DNA of 64,000 nucleotides from Octopus vulgaris. Taxonomy: Eukaryota. The position numbers were made by a program, and so were the translations under genes. The number at the start of each line of letters is the position of its first letter. Within the stretch, counting starts at the first letter, position 1. The notes beneath the pieces were generated by a model that saw only the letters and a list, made by a program, of their open reading frames with translations, made no database searches and was not told where the DNA came from. The DNA is taken from assembly GCA_951406725.2 (NCBI GenBank), contig OX597829.1:54560001-54624000 (forward strand), given 5' to 3'. Of this stretch, positions 26,770-39,619 are shown piece by piece.

Positions 26770-27385
26770 CACATACACATACATACATACACATATATAC
26801 ACACGTACAAGTATGTATGCGCGTATTACATACATACACACATATATATACATACATATATATATATATTATATGTATGTATATATATGTATGTCAATTA
26901 TATTATGTATGTATATATATATTATATGTATGTATGTCAATTATATTATATGTATGTATATATTATATGTATATATATATATATATATTATATGTATGTA
27001 TATATTATATGTATGTATATATTTTATGTATGTATATATTTTATGTATGTCAATTATATTATATGTATGTATATATACATATATGTATGTATATATTATA
27101 TGTATGTATATATTTTATATATGTATATATTTTATGTATGTATATATTTTATGTATGTATAAATTATATGTATGTATATATCTTATGTATGTATATATCT
27201 TATGTATGTATATATTTTATGTATGTCAATTATATTATATGTATGTATATATACATATATGTATGTATATATTATATGTATGTATATATTATATGTATGT
27301 ATATATTATATGTATGTATATATAATATGTATGTATATATATAATATGTATGTATATATATTATATGTATGTATATATTATATTA
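26770..27385. repeat. AT-rich minisatellite (TATATTATATGTATGTA-like)
   Basis: Degenerate tandem array; source of the spurious YIC-rich ORFs. Confidence 0.92.
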
Positions 27386-28057
27386 TGATTCGGGTGGTGG
27401 TGGTGTTGGGTTAAAGGTGTGGTGTACATGTCGTCAAGAGTAAGGAAACATTGAAGGGGTTCCATTCTCTGAAGGAATTCATGACTTAACAGGTGATCGC
27501 AGATGAGGTTTCTCTCTCTCTCTCTCTCTCTCTCTGTGACAAGCTTCCAAAGAAAGGAGGGAGAACCTCATTTGACATTTCTCAATAAAAAAGAACCGAC
27601 CAGGAATGGTTTTTGTCGCAGAGACAGACACATATACCGACACATATATACGTATACTAGTGTACACACTGGGTGTATATTTAGTGTAGAACATCTGTAC
27701 ATTTGGTGGAATATGGATAAACAAATTGTTTAATGACAGATGAGAACAAAATGGCGTCCAACAACAAAATTTATTTTCTCCGTTTTTCTCCTTCGACATT
27801 AAAACAAGGAAAGGAGGAAAATAAAGGAGAGAGACAGAGATGAGTGTTTGGATTTGGGGTTTCTTTTTCCATTGGTTTTTTTTTTCGGTTCGGTTCTGCT
27901 GGGTTTTTTTTTTTTTTGGAGGGGTTTTAATTTAAAAAACAAAAAAAAAAAAAAACACATTTCATTTTCATCCCTGATGGATGGAAATTTTGGAAGAAAA
28001 AATAAATATATTTCACAAGAGAATATTATGATTATTATTATTGTTATTTATACTTAC

Positions 28058-28059
28058 AT
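28058..28059 (-). CDS. VAMP: Synaptobrevin/VAMP exon 1 coding part (AT of split ATG)
   Basis: Minus strand reads ACGACACAATC-AT|GTAAGTA, a strong donor with A at -3. The next exons begin with a lone G that completes ATG, as in vertebrate VAMP2. The site lies in the CpG-enriched 28.0-28.8 kb stretch. Confidence 0.75.
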
Positions 28060-28353
28060 GATTGTGTCGTCAAAAAAGAAGGGGTTTTTTTTTTTTTTCT
28101 CTCGACTGGCCGTAAAAATGAGTGTCAGAGGAGGCAGTGAAGGCTGGGAAAGCAGTCAGTAGTCACCACTGCTAAAATAAACTGACTGACAGACAATATG
28201 GCTGCACTAACAACACCACCAGCAGCAACAGCAGCAGCAACAGTCAGCAGCAACGGCAGTGGCAGCAGCAGCGGCGACGGCAGAAACAGCAGCAGTAACA
28301 GTGGCAGTGGCGGTGGCAGCAGCGGCGGCAGCAGAAACAGCAGTAGTAGCTAC

Positions 28354-28384
<31 letters not shown>

Positions 28385-28716
28385 ATAGCAGTACTAGTAG
28401 TAGTAGTAGTAGTAGTAGTAACAGTAGTGGTGGTGAGAGTGACTGTGACTGTGGCGGTGACGGTGGTGGGAGTAACTGTGGCTGTGGTGGTGGTGGTGGC
28501 GGTGGCGGTAGTAGTAACAGTAGTGGTGGTGGTGGTGGAGGTGGTAGTGGTGGAGGTGGTGGTGGTGGTGGTGGCGGTAGTAGTAACAGTAGTGGTGGTG
28601 GTGGTGGTGGTAGTCGAACGGTGTAGTAAAAAGAAAAATACGAACGGATATCGGAAGGGAGGAGGAGGAGGAGGAGGAGGTGACTATCCAGTGAAAGTAG
28701 CAATACGCCGACTTTT
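28060..28716 (-). other. Probable VAMP 5' UTR containing ~400 nt of mixed trinucleotide repeats
   Basis: No minus-strand ATG between 28060 and 28716. CCA/CTA/CCG/CTG repeat runs at ~28210-28615. Directly upstream of the exon 1 donor. Confidence 0.55.
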
Positions 28717-28830
28717 CATACAATATACAGCAGTTGTTAATATATATATAGACTGATGTAATCATACGGGCTTCTGCGCACGCTCCAACATATATATACA
28801 CGTAGAAGGCAACTCATAAACATACCGACT
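28700..28830 (-). promoter_or_regulatory. Candidate VAMP core promoter
   Basis: CpG-containing segment with TATA-like runs (28741-28750, 28791-28798), an Inr-like TCAGTC (28751-28756 on minus) and an NRF1-like TGCGCACGC (28775-28783). It is bounded by a (CT)n tract. The TSS cannot be determined from sequence. Confidence 0.4.
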
Positions 28831-28832
28831 AC

Positions 28833-28989
28833 GCTCTCTCTCTTTCTGTCTCTCTCTTTCTGTCTCTTTCTCACTCTCTCTCTCTCTATCTCTTTCTCAC
28901 TCTGTCTCTCTCTCTTTCTCACTCTGTCTCTCTCTCTCTCTATATATATATATAATTATAGAAAAATTATATATCAATCTAACCAATAT

Positions 28990-29020
<31 letters not shown>

Positions 29021-29072
29021 GTCTCTCTCTCTCTGTCTCTGTCTCTCTCTCTCTCTCTCTGACTCTCTGACT
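28833..29072. repeat. (CT)n tracts upstream of the VAMP promoter region
   Basis: Two CT/CTGT runs separated by an AT spacer. Confidence 0.9.
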
Positions 29073-30772
29073 ATATTATAACTTGAACCAAATGTTCCAA
29101 TCAACCAAATGTTCCACCTTGGCCATTCCAATTCCATCTTGCTGTTCCATTTGCATTTAATTTATTTCAAACGTCAAACATTTGGTAACATTGGTGTAAC
29201 ATGAGCATTCGCTTTTGTGGATGGTGACTGAGTGCTAAATGGTTCGGTGCAAGATTCAGTGCAGCTCGTGCCCGAGTTCGAGTGTCAAACGCCGCCACAT
29301 TGCCTTTTATTCTTCATGGTTCCATAAGATACAAACCAGTAATATACTAACACCTATTGGGATTGAACACCTCCGCCTTGCATACTAAAAGTGCTTTTTA
29401 TCCACCACGAAAAGAAATCGCTATTAATATCGAGTTGGAACTTGTCGAGGTCAACCAGTCAAATAATAGCTTTGGTATTAATCGATCTTACTCGAATTTG
29501 ATGTCTTTGGCTTAACTTACAAATCTTTACCTGTCATTCACTCAGAAACTATGGAATAAATACCAGCAATGTAACCGTTCTTCCCATAAGATGCATATCT
29601 GAAGGCATAAAAATGTTTTTCTCGAGTATAAGAACAAATAAGTATTTGGAATAGTTATGGCAAACCATCGAGCCTTGTTGATCAGCATCCAAGATGACAA
29701 TTCACAAAAATGAGGGAGTTACTTGCCACTTAGTAGAAGTGGCAGCTAAATTTTCGTATCATGCCCTATCATCTTAGAAAAGGACATATTAACCACTATG
29801 CCTAGAATAAAAACAAATTGGTCATGGCCTGAATGCTTTTGATGAAGACAGGTCTGCTTGGCCAAAGCTGAACTGGAGCTAAACTGCTGATGGTTTGCTG
29901 TGTAGACTGAGGCTTAAATGGTAGTTGTTGAATAACAAACTAATTAATATTTGATTGATTACCTCATACAATGATGTCTAGAAATTGTCCTCTTGGATTT
30001 TTTTTTTCCAGTATGCTTTTGTGAAGCTGGGAGAAAAACTGGATGTAAGAGGAGAAACTGTACTGGTACAGATATAAGCATTGAAGACTGACAGGTAAGT
30101 GTTATGCAATCCAAGAGGAAGGAATGGCCAAACCTCAGGAATCTGGCAAAAAAAAAAAAAAACTGCATGTGTTGAGAAACTGTGCAGGGGATATGTTCTA
30201 CCCAGGCAAGCATGGGATAAGGGATCAAATGATGCTGACGGTGGTGGTGGTGGTAGCAATGATGACATTGATACTCAATTGACCAAATTAAATGCTTGGT
30301 AGTTGAACCAGCAACCTCTGATCTTGTGAATAAAATCTTATTCATATAAGGTTTAATTTTTTCATATATAATTAAATGGTTTTAATGATTTGGGAATTAT
30401 TTGCCCTACAATTTATTGGTCTACGTTATTTAAAAAATAGACTAATACAATGAAACCTATCACCTATGATCAACAAGCAATTTAATTCTTTTATTTATGA
30501 GGCATGGAATAAAGGTAAGTACTGAAGGAAACCTTATAAACTCTAGTGGTTATTTGCATATTTTTACAATTAGATATTACCTTTCTGCTAACCACTCAAT
30601 CATTAAAGTTGAAGTTACCATAGAAGGATGCATGCTATGGTACAAGAATCCTTCATTAACTCATCATTGAGACATGCAATCAAGAGTGTATATAGACATA
30701 TCAGAGGTAAATAGCCACCGCTTACTATATCACTTTATCTGTGCAAATACTAACTGGTGCTTCTCATTATTT

Positions 30773-31146
30773 TTCATCGAAATCGATCAACATCAATGGA
30801 AATTGCAGCTGTAGTTAAGCGAACCATCCGTTCGTGTCCGTTGCCAGCCTCGCCTGGCCCCCGTGCCGGTGGCATGTAGCACCATCCGTTCGTGGCCATT
30901 GCCAGCCTCGTCTGGCCCCCGTGCCGGTGGCACGTAAAAGCACCATCTGTTCGTGGCCGTTTGCCAGCTCCATCTGGCACATAAAAAGCACCCACTACAC
31001 TCACAGAGTAGTTGGCGTTAGGAAGGGCATCCAGCCGTAGAAACACTGCCAGATCAGACTGGGCCTGATGCAGCCTTCTGGTTTCACAGACCCCAGTTGA
31101 ACCGTCCAACCCATGCTAGCATGGAAAGCGGACGCTAGATGATGAT
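30773..31146 (+). mobile_element. RTE 3' UTR copy with tandem ~57-nt units
   Basis: gtgccggtggcac...gcaccatccg units, ending acccatgctagcatggaaagcggacg..gatgatgat. Confidence 0.85.
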
Positions 31147-31199
31147 TACAGTAAATGTTAATTGTTTATAGCAACTAGCCATGTTGCAAACACCAAAAG

Positions 31200-31420
31200 C
31201 AAAAGAGCCGTTTGTCTTCGACAGAGAGAGAGAGAAGGTGTATTGTGAGTGAATCTGAGGATGGACTTAGCCAGTGTGAGAGAGTACGAAACCTTAGGAT
31301 TCCTCTTACCACAGTCTACAGAGTGGATGGACAATTTAACAGCAAAGGAAAAAAAGTGTCAACAGCATCCTGGTCAGATCGATCTGGGCCCCCTGTCAGG
31401 TGACTCTCGGGCTGTCAAAT
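31200..31420 (+). mobile_element. Possible Tc1-like transposase N-terminal remnant
   Basis: RRCIV..EDGLSQ..IPLTTVYRV resembles a Tc1 helix-turn-helix. No catalytic part seen. Confidence 0.3.
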
Positions 31421-32929
31421 GAATCTCTCACTTTGGGGCTGAAAAGGAATCTCTATTGTAAGGCAGCTGATGTTGGAGAACTTCTGTGAGGTTGTCTCCT
31501 TCAACTTGGCTTCTATGGCAGAGAAACCTCTTCTTTGACCAACAAATGTCCAAAACAGAAAATAGAAATGAATCTTTCGAAAATGATGGCGTCTATTTAC
31601 CTTTGAAATGTCTGTGTACATATACACATGCACACACATGGCAAATGATGGAGTCTCTGTGTAGTTGCTTGGCTGTCTAGAAATTGCAGCCAAATTGCCT
31701 TCAAATCAAACATTTCCTTTTAAAAAAAATTTCATTGAATAATCTGGTTCTTGCTTCATGACTCAGAGAAAAGAAGTATGCTTGTGAACAGAATACCTTT
31801 GATCATGAGGCTCCACCATTCAGTCTGATCTGGGACTAAACAACGACAAGGACTCAAATTAATTTTTTTTCCAGAAGTTGGAATATATCCTTCCTGCCCA
31901 AAAGTGGAAAGTTTCTGGCCAAAGTCATATTCAAAACATTTCTTTTGGCTACAACTTATATTTGCAGAGAACACATCTTCAAAACATCTCTAATTTTCAC
32001 AAGCAGCACTAAGAAGATTGTCTGAGATTCTTATTCTTGTCTCTTGCTTGAAGAATTCACTGTTATCATCAGTAGCTTAAATTATGCCAATTCTTAACTG
32101 GTACTTCATTTTACCAATCTCAGAAAGACAAAAGGTAAAGTTAACCCCTGCTGAATTTGAGTTCAGAAGGCAGAGGGCTAAATCTATAAATGCATAACCT
32201 TTCTTTGAGGGAAAGTAGTCTTTTTGTGTGGCAGATATGGAGGTATGTTAAACATGAGGAATGTACAGAAAATAGACTCTCTCAAATGTCCAGCAGGATC
32301 CTTAAAAGGAGTAGATCTGTCAGTAACACCTGTATCATCTTCTTCCTCTGATATTTATGTACAATATCAATAACTAGCTTTGGCTTACATATTCAGTCCC
32401 TTGTATGCATGCATGTATGTGTGTGTGTCTGTGCGTATGTATGTATGTGTGTGTGTATGTGTACATGTATGTATGCATGCACAAGATGGGATGGTTAAGG
32501 CATTCTAGCTTTGACATTTCATTGACAAGGAAATCCACAACAACCACACTTGTATAATCTTTGGAAGTCTCAGAAAGAGATTCTTTCTAATGCATCTTAG
32601 CCTTCATACAAAGAATGTAGAGAGCAGACTGTATTTTTGTTCTCTTGTATAGCTGAGAAACATAAACTGCATACAGATGTAACATCAAGTGTTCACGAAA
32701 ACTTTTTTGATATCCGATGCCTCCAAAAAGATCTTTTCAGTATCCCAAAATCCCTCATTTAATCAACATTAAAAACATTGAATCCATACTTGATGAACAC
32801 CAAGATGATCTAAACACAATCTGCATTTCCTGTAGAAAACTTTATGGTTGCCTGCATCAGGCTTAATACTAGGTCAGTGAACAAAAGTAGTGGCTCAAGG
32901 AATTTATTGAAGCAAAAACCTTTTAAAAA

Positions 32930-33232
32930 TCATTGTTTGTTCCTTCTCCAGCCATGCCTGGCTCATAAGGGCCGGTTTCCCGGTTTTCTTGGCGTATAGG
33001 TTCCCCACTTGGACGGGACGCCAATCTGTCACAGGTGAACTGCTAGATGCAGGATGAAAGAGTGAAATTTGTGGTGAAAGAGTCAGCAGAAGTTCGCCAT
33101 TACCTTCTGCCGGAGGCGCGTGGAACTTAGGTGTTTCGCTCATAAACACACACATCGCCCGTTCTGAGATTCAAACCCGTGATTCCTCGACCATGAGTCC
33201 ACTGCTCTAACCACCAGGCCATGTGCCTCCAC
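32930..33232 (-). mobile_element. tRNA-derived SINE (distinct family)
   Basis: Minus strand GGAGGCACATGGCCTGGTGGTTAGAGC (A box) ... GGGTTTGAATCTC (B box), body with ttggcgtcccgtccaagtgggga. Confidence 0.75.
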
Positions 33233-33429
33233 TTTAAAAATCGTAGACAGCACTAATTACCATTTGCCTTGACAAGCTCATTACTGGAAAGAGATTGAAG
33301 ACATGAAGAGAAAATAGCATCATCAGGAGAAGCAGAAAAAGCAGTGTATACATAAAGCTAAATCTGCCTCTTTGATCCAGATATGTATACATCTGGTCTA
33401 CAACTGGTGGGGGCCACTTAGGTACTTCA

Positions 33430-33604
33430 ACCCTTCAGCAACCAAATCACTCTGTCAATTGTAATGCTTCTTTATTTGCATTGCAGTTGTTTATTTTTAG
33501 CATGACATTATAGGATAGGTGTGAGAGTCTGGCTCTGACTGGTTTGAACGTAAAACAGGTGTAATATTTGGGCCAGATGTGGTCCATTTTAAAGCTAAAG
33601 GGTT
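33430..33604. mobile_element. piggyBac-like MITE, third copy
   Basis: cccttcagca ... gctaaaggg, internal match to 3469-3684. Confidence 0.65.
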
Positions 33605-34139
33605 TCAAAGAAATTAGGAACATTGCAGTTACTATTCTTCATTGTTTTGGTAAATTCCTTGTTAATTGTGTTGAGCCATTCTTGAGGTATCATTGTTTTT
33701 TCTTTGCTCCTGCTTTTCTCCTTATTTTGTCTCTTTATTAGTTTGTCTTTTATGATTTCATATATTCTCCCAATATTATTGGATATTTATTATTGTTGGT
33801 GATTTTTCTAGCGTTATTATTATTATTATTATTGAGTGAGAGAGCAGTGCATGCCATCAAAGTGACACTGGGGTAAAATATACAAAGCCCAGTATACCCA
33901 TAATGACTACCCATCTGATAAGGGTACACTTAGCACATGAATCACAACAATATGTGTGCAACATGGTGATCTCATATCAAGATAAACAGTGCATGACCTT
34001 GCAGGTGGGGCCCAGTTAGAATTTTTATCATGTTGAGTAACCCATCCCACTCAAAAGGTGTGTAGCAGGTGATAGAGTAGAAATTTGCCTCAAACTATCA
34101 AATGTTGAATAATAATAATAATAATAACAATAATAGTAA

Positions 34140-35160
34140 TCTCAAACGAACTAAATAACACCAGGTATGTGTTCAAAGTTTACAATACGATTATAAACAA
34201 TCTGTTTTATATGGGCGATCTGAAGCTGTTTGCTAGAACTGATGAAGAGTTAACCACTGTTAAAGAATTCAGTAATGACATTGGGATGGATTTTGGCCTT
34301 GATAAGTGTGCTAAAGCATCTTTTGTAAGAGGCAATCTCTGGCAAACAGCTTCCATTAAATTAGATGCTGACACAATCATGAAGGAGCTTGACTCACAAG
34401 AAAATTACAAATACCCGGGGATAAATGAAGGAGATGGTATACGACATGCAACCACAAAGGAAAAATATGGGAGAATAAAACTCGTACTAAGAACTGAACT
34501 CAACTCTAAAAATCACATCAAAACCATTACTGGCACTTCCAGTAGTCCAATATAGTTTTAATATCATTAACTGGAATCTTACAAAGCTCCAACGCCTGGA
34601 CAAGAAGACAAGAAAACTACTAACTTTTAAGAACATGCACCACCCAAAAGCAGATGTTGATTGCCTGGACCTACCTAGAAATAATGGGGGAAGAGGAATG
34701 ATGCAGGAAGAATTGTGCTATAAGACCTCCACAATAGCAATGAACAGGTACTTATTTAAGACAGACGACTGAATGCTGCGACTTGTGTGTGCAAACACAA
34801 AAGCAGCAAAAAGTCACATTCTATTGTCAAGGAAGCTTACAAATTCACAAGGGAACTTGGGATCAATCCTGAAATATTTAAAAAACCTGAAACCACTGAC
34901 ACAAAACAAGCAAAATGGATCAAGCAGACTGCAAAAAAGAACAGGCAGAAATAAACTGAGGAGTGATGGTACCAGAAACCTCTGCATGGACAGTATGTAC
35001 TTCGAAGTCAAAATGCTGATGTAGATCAAGCAACAACCCATTGGTGGCTGAGAAGATCAGGACTAAAAGCAGAGACTGAAAGTTTCATATTGGCTGTACA
35101 AAAAACTACCAGGCTAATGTTCTTCAAAATTGTTCAGACCTCAAATGCAGATCCTGCGAC
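34140..35160 (+). mobile_element. RLE-type non-LTR retrotransposon fragment (R4/Dong-like RT)
   Basis: [52 protein letters not shown]. Preceded by (AAT)n. Confidence 0.8.
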
Positions 35161-35339
35161 ACAGATGACATATGGACTAGAAAAACAGCTGACAACTAAT
35201 GAAGGGTCGTTCCTTGTGTTGCTTGTCATGTTTTCCTTTTGTTTATTTTGTTGCTTGCAAAAAAAAAAAAAAGCCCTTATTCCATGTTCTCATACTCGTA
35301 TTTTTTGTTGTCTATATTTTGTCATTTCCTGTGCCCACA

Positions 35340-35414
35340 TGCATATGTATATACGTATACATGTAAATATGTACATATACATATATATATATGTATATAT
35401 ATATAGTATTTATA

Positions 35415-35475
<61 letters not shown>

Positions 35476-35885
35476 ATACATATATATATGTGTGTGTGTA
35501 TGTATATATATATGTATATGCTTATGTATGCATGTATGTATATATATATCATCATCATTGTTCGACCGTGGTCGAGACAATGGAATTTACCATGCTACGC
35601 CAGACTTCACGGTCCATCATGGCATTACGGAGGTCCTGTTGCATATATATATATGTGTGTGTATATATATGTATGTGTATATATGTTTTATATATTTATA
35701 TATATATATATATGTGTATATATATATATATGTATACATATGTGTGTGTGTGTGTATACATATATATATATGTATATATATGTATGTATTTATATATATA
35801 TATATATATGTATATTTATATATATATATATCGATATAGATAGATAGATATGAATATATATTTGTATGTATGCGTGTAAATATAT
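35340..35885. repeat. (TA)/(TG) microsatellite block with a short unique insert at ~35550-35640
   Basis: Direct inspection. Confidence 0.9.
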
Positions 35886-36275
35886 AAAACATTTGATATT
35901 AAAAAACTTACTATTATTATCATTTTTATTTTTTCCTCACACAGCTATTTTTGCCACCATATTTTGCTAATCGCTGTTCTCAGTCCTACTTCATGGTTGA
36001 GTAGCTGGTAGTGGAAAATGAATAAGTTCAAAGCTTACAGCTGAAGCCATTATGTTGTGGCCATGAGGAAAATACAAAAGCCTGTTTACTTAATATGCCA
36101 ACTGAAAATAGGTTCCATTCAAACCTCATGGTCACACGACTAATTGTAGGAAGAGCAAATAACGGAGAAAAAAACATTTTCTGCAGTACAGCCAACAAAG
36201 GAACCCATTCTGCTAGAAATAGTAACCAACACATACTCTCTCTCTCTCTCCCTCACACACACACACTCTCTCTCT

Positions 36276-36331
<56 letters not shown>

Positions 36332-37534
36332 TCTGTTTCTCTCTTTCAAATCATACCCCTAAGATCTTAAAAAAGAAAATTAAAGACACATCAAACAATT
36401 TAGTCTTATATTAAGATGGAATGTCTTGGAAAATAAGTCTCCTTGATCTTGGGTGACCTGGCACCAAACATCAACAACAGAACTTCAATAAAGTCACACC
36501 ATTTATAATGACATGTCGTAACCTGTCCCCTAGGCATCCCTTACAGAAAAGAATTTCAACTTTATTAACCGAAGGTATCAGTTAGTTTATTTTGTTCACA
36601 CCTGCAAATAGTGTTATGGTCACAAAATCTTCATTATGACAGTGTTCCCTCTTACCTTCTTTAAGTACTTTGTTGTATATGGGGACTCTTGGAATTTTAA
36701 ACTGAACTCCTTATTAAAGAGATTTTTGACATTCTATTTCCCATACCAGAAATATTCTCTTATTTGTTACTTTTCTACTTGTGATGTCAGTTAGTTGTTC
36801 TGCTTAAACCAAAGACTTTTATCAGAATTTGATCAAGAGATTAAACTCCCATGCTTATTAGCTAAACTGACACATTTTACATTTAACCAGTTATCATATT
36901 TTGCTATTCCATTGCTCCGCCAACAACAGAAAACCTGTCATTTTGGGAGACTATATCTTTTGGGCCTGGTTTTACAAATGAAGATTTTATGAAATTGGAC
37001 TCTAAGAGAGAAGAAAGAAAATACTTATTAATACCGCTTATAATTATTCAATATAAAAATGAAGAAGATAGAGATAACCATTATTATAAAGCACAAAGCC
37101 TGATACTGTTAAATTTTTATAACTAATATCAGCATATGTCACCTTCACAGAATAGAAAGTTAAGTGCTAGGATGTGAATCTTAGACTATTGTCAGAATTG
37201 TATAGTTGTTCTTTTTGTAGTATCAATTTCTGAGACATGTTGAAATTTCTTAGAATAATACAAAGCTTTGTCTTGAGAAAGTTGAAATTAGGTAATTCAG
37301 CATAGATATTGTGGTTTCCTCAGTTATGTTTTTATAAGCTTAATATAGGAAATACTAACAATAGTACAATAGTATAAGGTTTCAGAAAATTGGACCCAGA
37401 GGCAATCATTTTCATCTAAACTATAAGTCAAAAAAAAGGAGCCGTTATTAAATCATTCGACCTGCTAGAAAAACAGCCAAGTTTCTCTCAAATGACATTC
37501 TGCTGTCTTAAGTAAGGACAGTACACGTTAGATA

Positions 37535-37745
37535 TTGGTTCAAATTTTGGCACAGGACCACAAGTTCAGGGCAGGGGTTAAGATGATTATACAGACACCA
37601 ATGCTCAACTGGTACTTATTTCGTTTACCCTCAAAGGATGAAAGGCAAAGTTGACCTTGGCAGAATTTGAACTCAGAATGCGAAGTCAGATGAAATGCTG
37701 CTAAGCATTTTGCCTGGCATGTTAATGATTCTGCCAGCTTGCTGT
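37535..37745 (-). mobile_element. Nin/Deu-domain-like SINE
   Basis: aaaggatgaaaggcaaagttgaccttggcagaatttgaactcagaa is the reverse of the 39005 family. Confidence 0.75.
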
Positions 37746-37879
37746 CTTGCAGGCCACATTAGATATTATAGACTAATATAGAGACAGGATCACAGCTGGA
37801 TTCTCCTTTATCTTAAGTCGTCTTAATTACAGTTGACCTGAAATTAAGCTACCACAACTCTACAAGAATTGTACATATA

Positions 37880-38131
37880 TCATCATCATCATCATCATCA
37901 TTTAGCATCCGCTTTCCATGCTAGCATGGGTTGGACGGTTCAACTGGGGTCTGGGAAGCCAGAAGGCTGCATCAGGCCCAGTCTGATCTGGCAGTGTTTC
38001 TACGGCTGGATGCCCTTCCTAACGCCAACCACTCCGTGAGTGTAGTAGGTGCTTTTTACGTGCCACCCGCACAGGTGCCAGATGGAGCTGGCAGACGGCC
38101 ACGGATGGATGGTGCTTTTTACATGCCACCG
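37880..38131 (-). mobile_element. RTE 3' UTR copy
   Basis: (CAT)n followed by ccgctttccatgctagcatgggttggacgg. Confidence 0.85.
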
Positions 38132-38936
38132 TAATATATATATTCAATGTGTTTAATGATCTTAGGTTGACCTTTGAGCAGAATGACAGGAGCATTTAAA
38201 CTTTCATAAAGAAATATCTACAGTTGTCCTTTCATTTAAATTTACTTTTGCAATTCCAAAAAAGTCTATGCACTATCTTATAAACTAGTTGAGAAATTAG
38301 TTTCTTAATTGTTAAAAGGTTCATTAGAAAGAATTCATTAAGGAAAATAACAAAGCAGACAAAAATAAAATAAGATTGAAAGATATTTCAGACATAATTA
38401 CAGCTGTTAATTATTTTCTTAAAATAATTCTCTAACATGATTATTTATTTATTTCTACTTTAACGGTTTAGTTTGTTTGGTTTGGAATAAGGATCAGTGG
38501 CCCATGATTTATAAAGGTCCTCTGCAACTGCTGAATTTTATACAACTAATACTCCTCTTGAATGGCTTGAGTTGATGGGTGCAAAAAGGAGCAGGAAGAG
38601 GATTCATGAGGACTAAAGAGTGGACACAGTGATTAGTGGTGAGGCTTAGAATGGAAAGATAGTATGTGTGATGTGAAGAAGAAGAAAGACAAGTGTACTT
38701 GAGTAGAGAATGGACACAACCAGCTGGCTCTGGGGTGCAGAGGTTTCCCACCACCAAAAAGAAATCAGTAAAAAGAGAGGGTACATCTGGGCAGCGAAAA
38801 TTGGAGTATGTTGGTGAGGAACTTCATATAAGCCAGGTGGATGACCCTTTCTTTTTAGAGGAGAGATTACAGTCAATAATAAAATAACGTTTATTTCCTT
38901 ATTATTAATTATTATTGTTTTGAATTAACTTGGTCG

Positions 38937-38972
<36 letters not shown>

Positions 38973-39004
38973 TATCATTATTATTATCATTATTATTATT
39001 ATTA

Positions 39005-39207
39005 AAGGCAGCGAACTGGCAGAAACATTAGCATGCCAGGCGAAATGTTTAGTGGTATTTCATCTATCTTCTTGTTCTGAGTTCAAATTCCACCGAGGTC
39101 GACTTTGCCTTTCATCCTTTTGGGGTCGATAAAATAAGTACCAGATGTACTCGATTTATCAACTTCCCAAAATTGCTACCCTTGTGGTAAAATTTAAAAC
39201 CATTATT
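39005..39207 (+). mobile_element. Nin/Deu-domain-like SINE
   Basis: ttctgagttcaaattccaccgaggtcgactttgcctttcatccttttggggtcgataaaataagtaccag, flanked by (ATT)n. Confidence 0.8.
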
Positions 39208-39208
39208 A

Positions 39209-39246
<38 letters not shown>

Positions 39247-39285
39247 TATAACTATTGTTATTGTTGTTGGTTTGAATTAGGTTTG

Positions 39286-39322
<37 letters not shown>

Positions 39323-39342
39323 CGTTATTACTACTATTATTG

Positions 39343-39556
39343 AAGGTGGCGAGCTGGCAGAACCGTTAGCACACTGAGTGAAATACTTAGCGGCATTTCC
39401 TCTGACTGCACATTCTGAGTTCAAATACCACCAAGGACAACTTTACCTTTCATTCTTTTGGGGTCATTAAATTAAGTACCAGTGAAACACTGAGATTGAT
39501 GCAATCAACTAGTCTCCTCCCCCAAAATTTCAGGCCTTGTGCCTACAGCAGAAAGG
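39343..39556 (+). mobile_element. Nin/Deu-domain-like SINE
   Basis: Second copy, flanked by (ATT)n. Confidence 0.8.
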
Positions 39557-39591
<35 letters not shown>

Positions 39592-39619
39592 CATCATCAT
39601 CATCATTATCATTATTATT

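Noticed and set aside
28198-28756. Plus-strand Ser/Gly-rich and Val/Ala-rich ORFs
   Set aside because: They are translations of trinucleotide repeats, open in most frames, and antisense to the probable VAMP 5' UTR.
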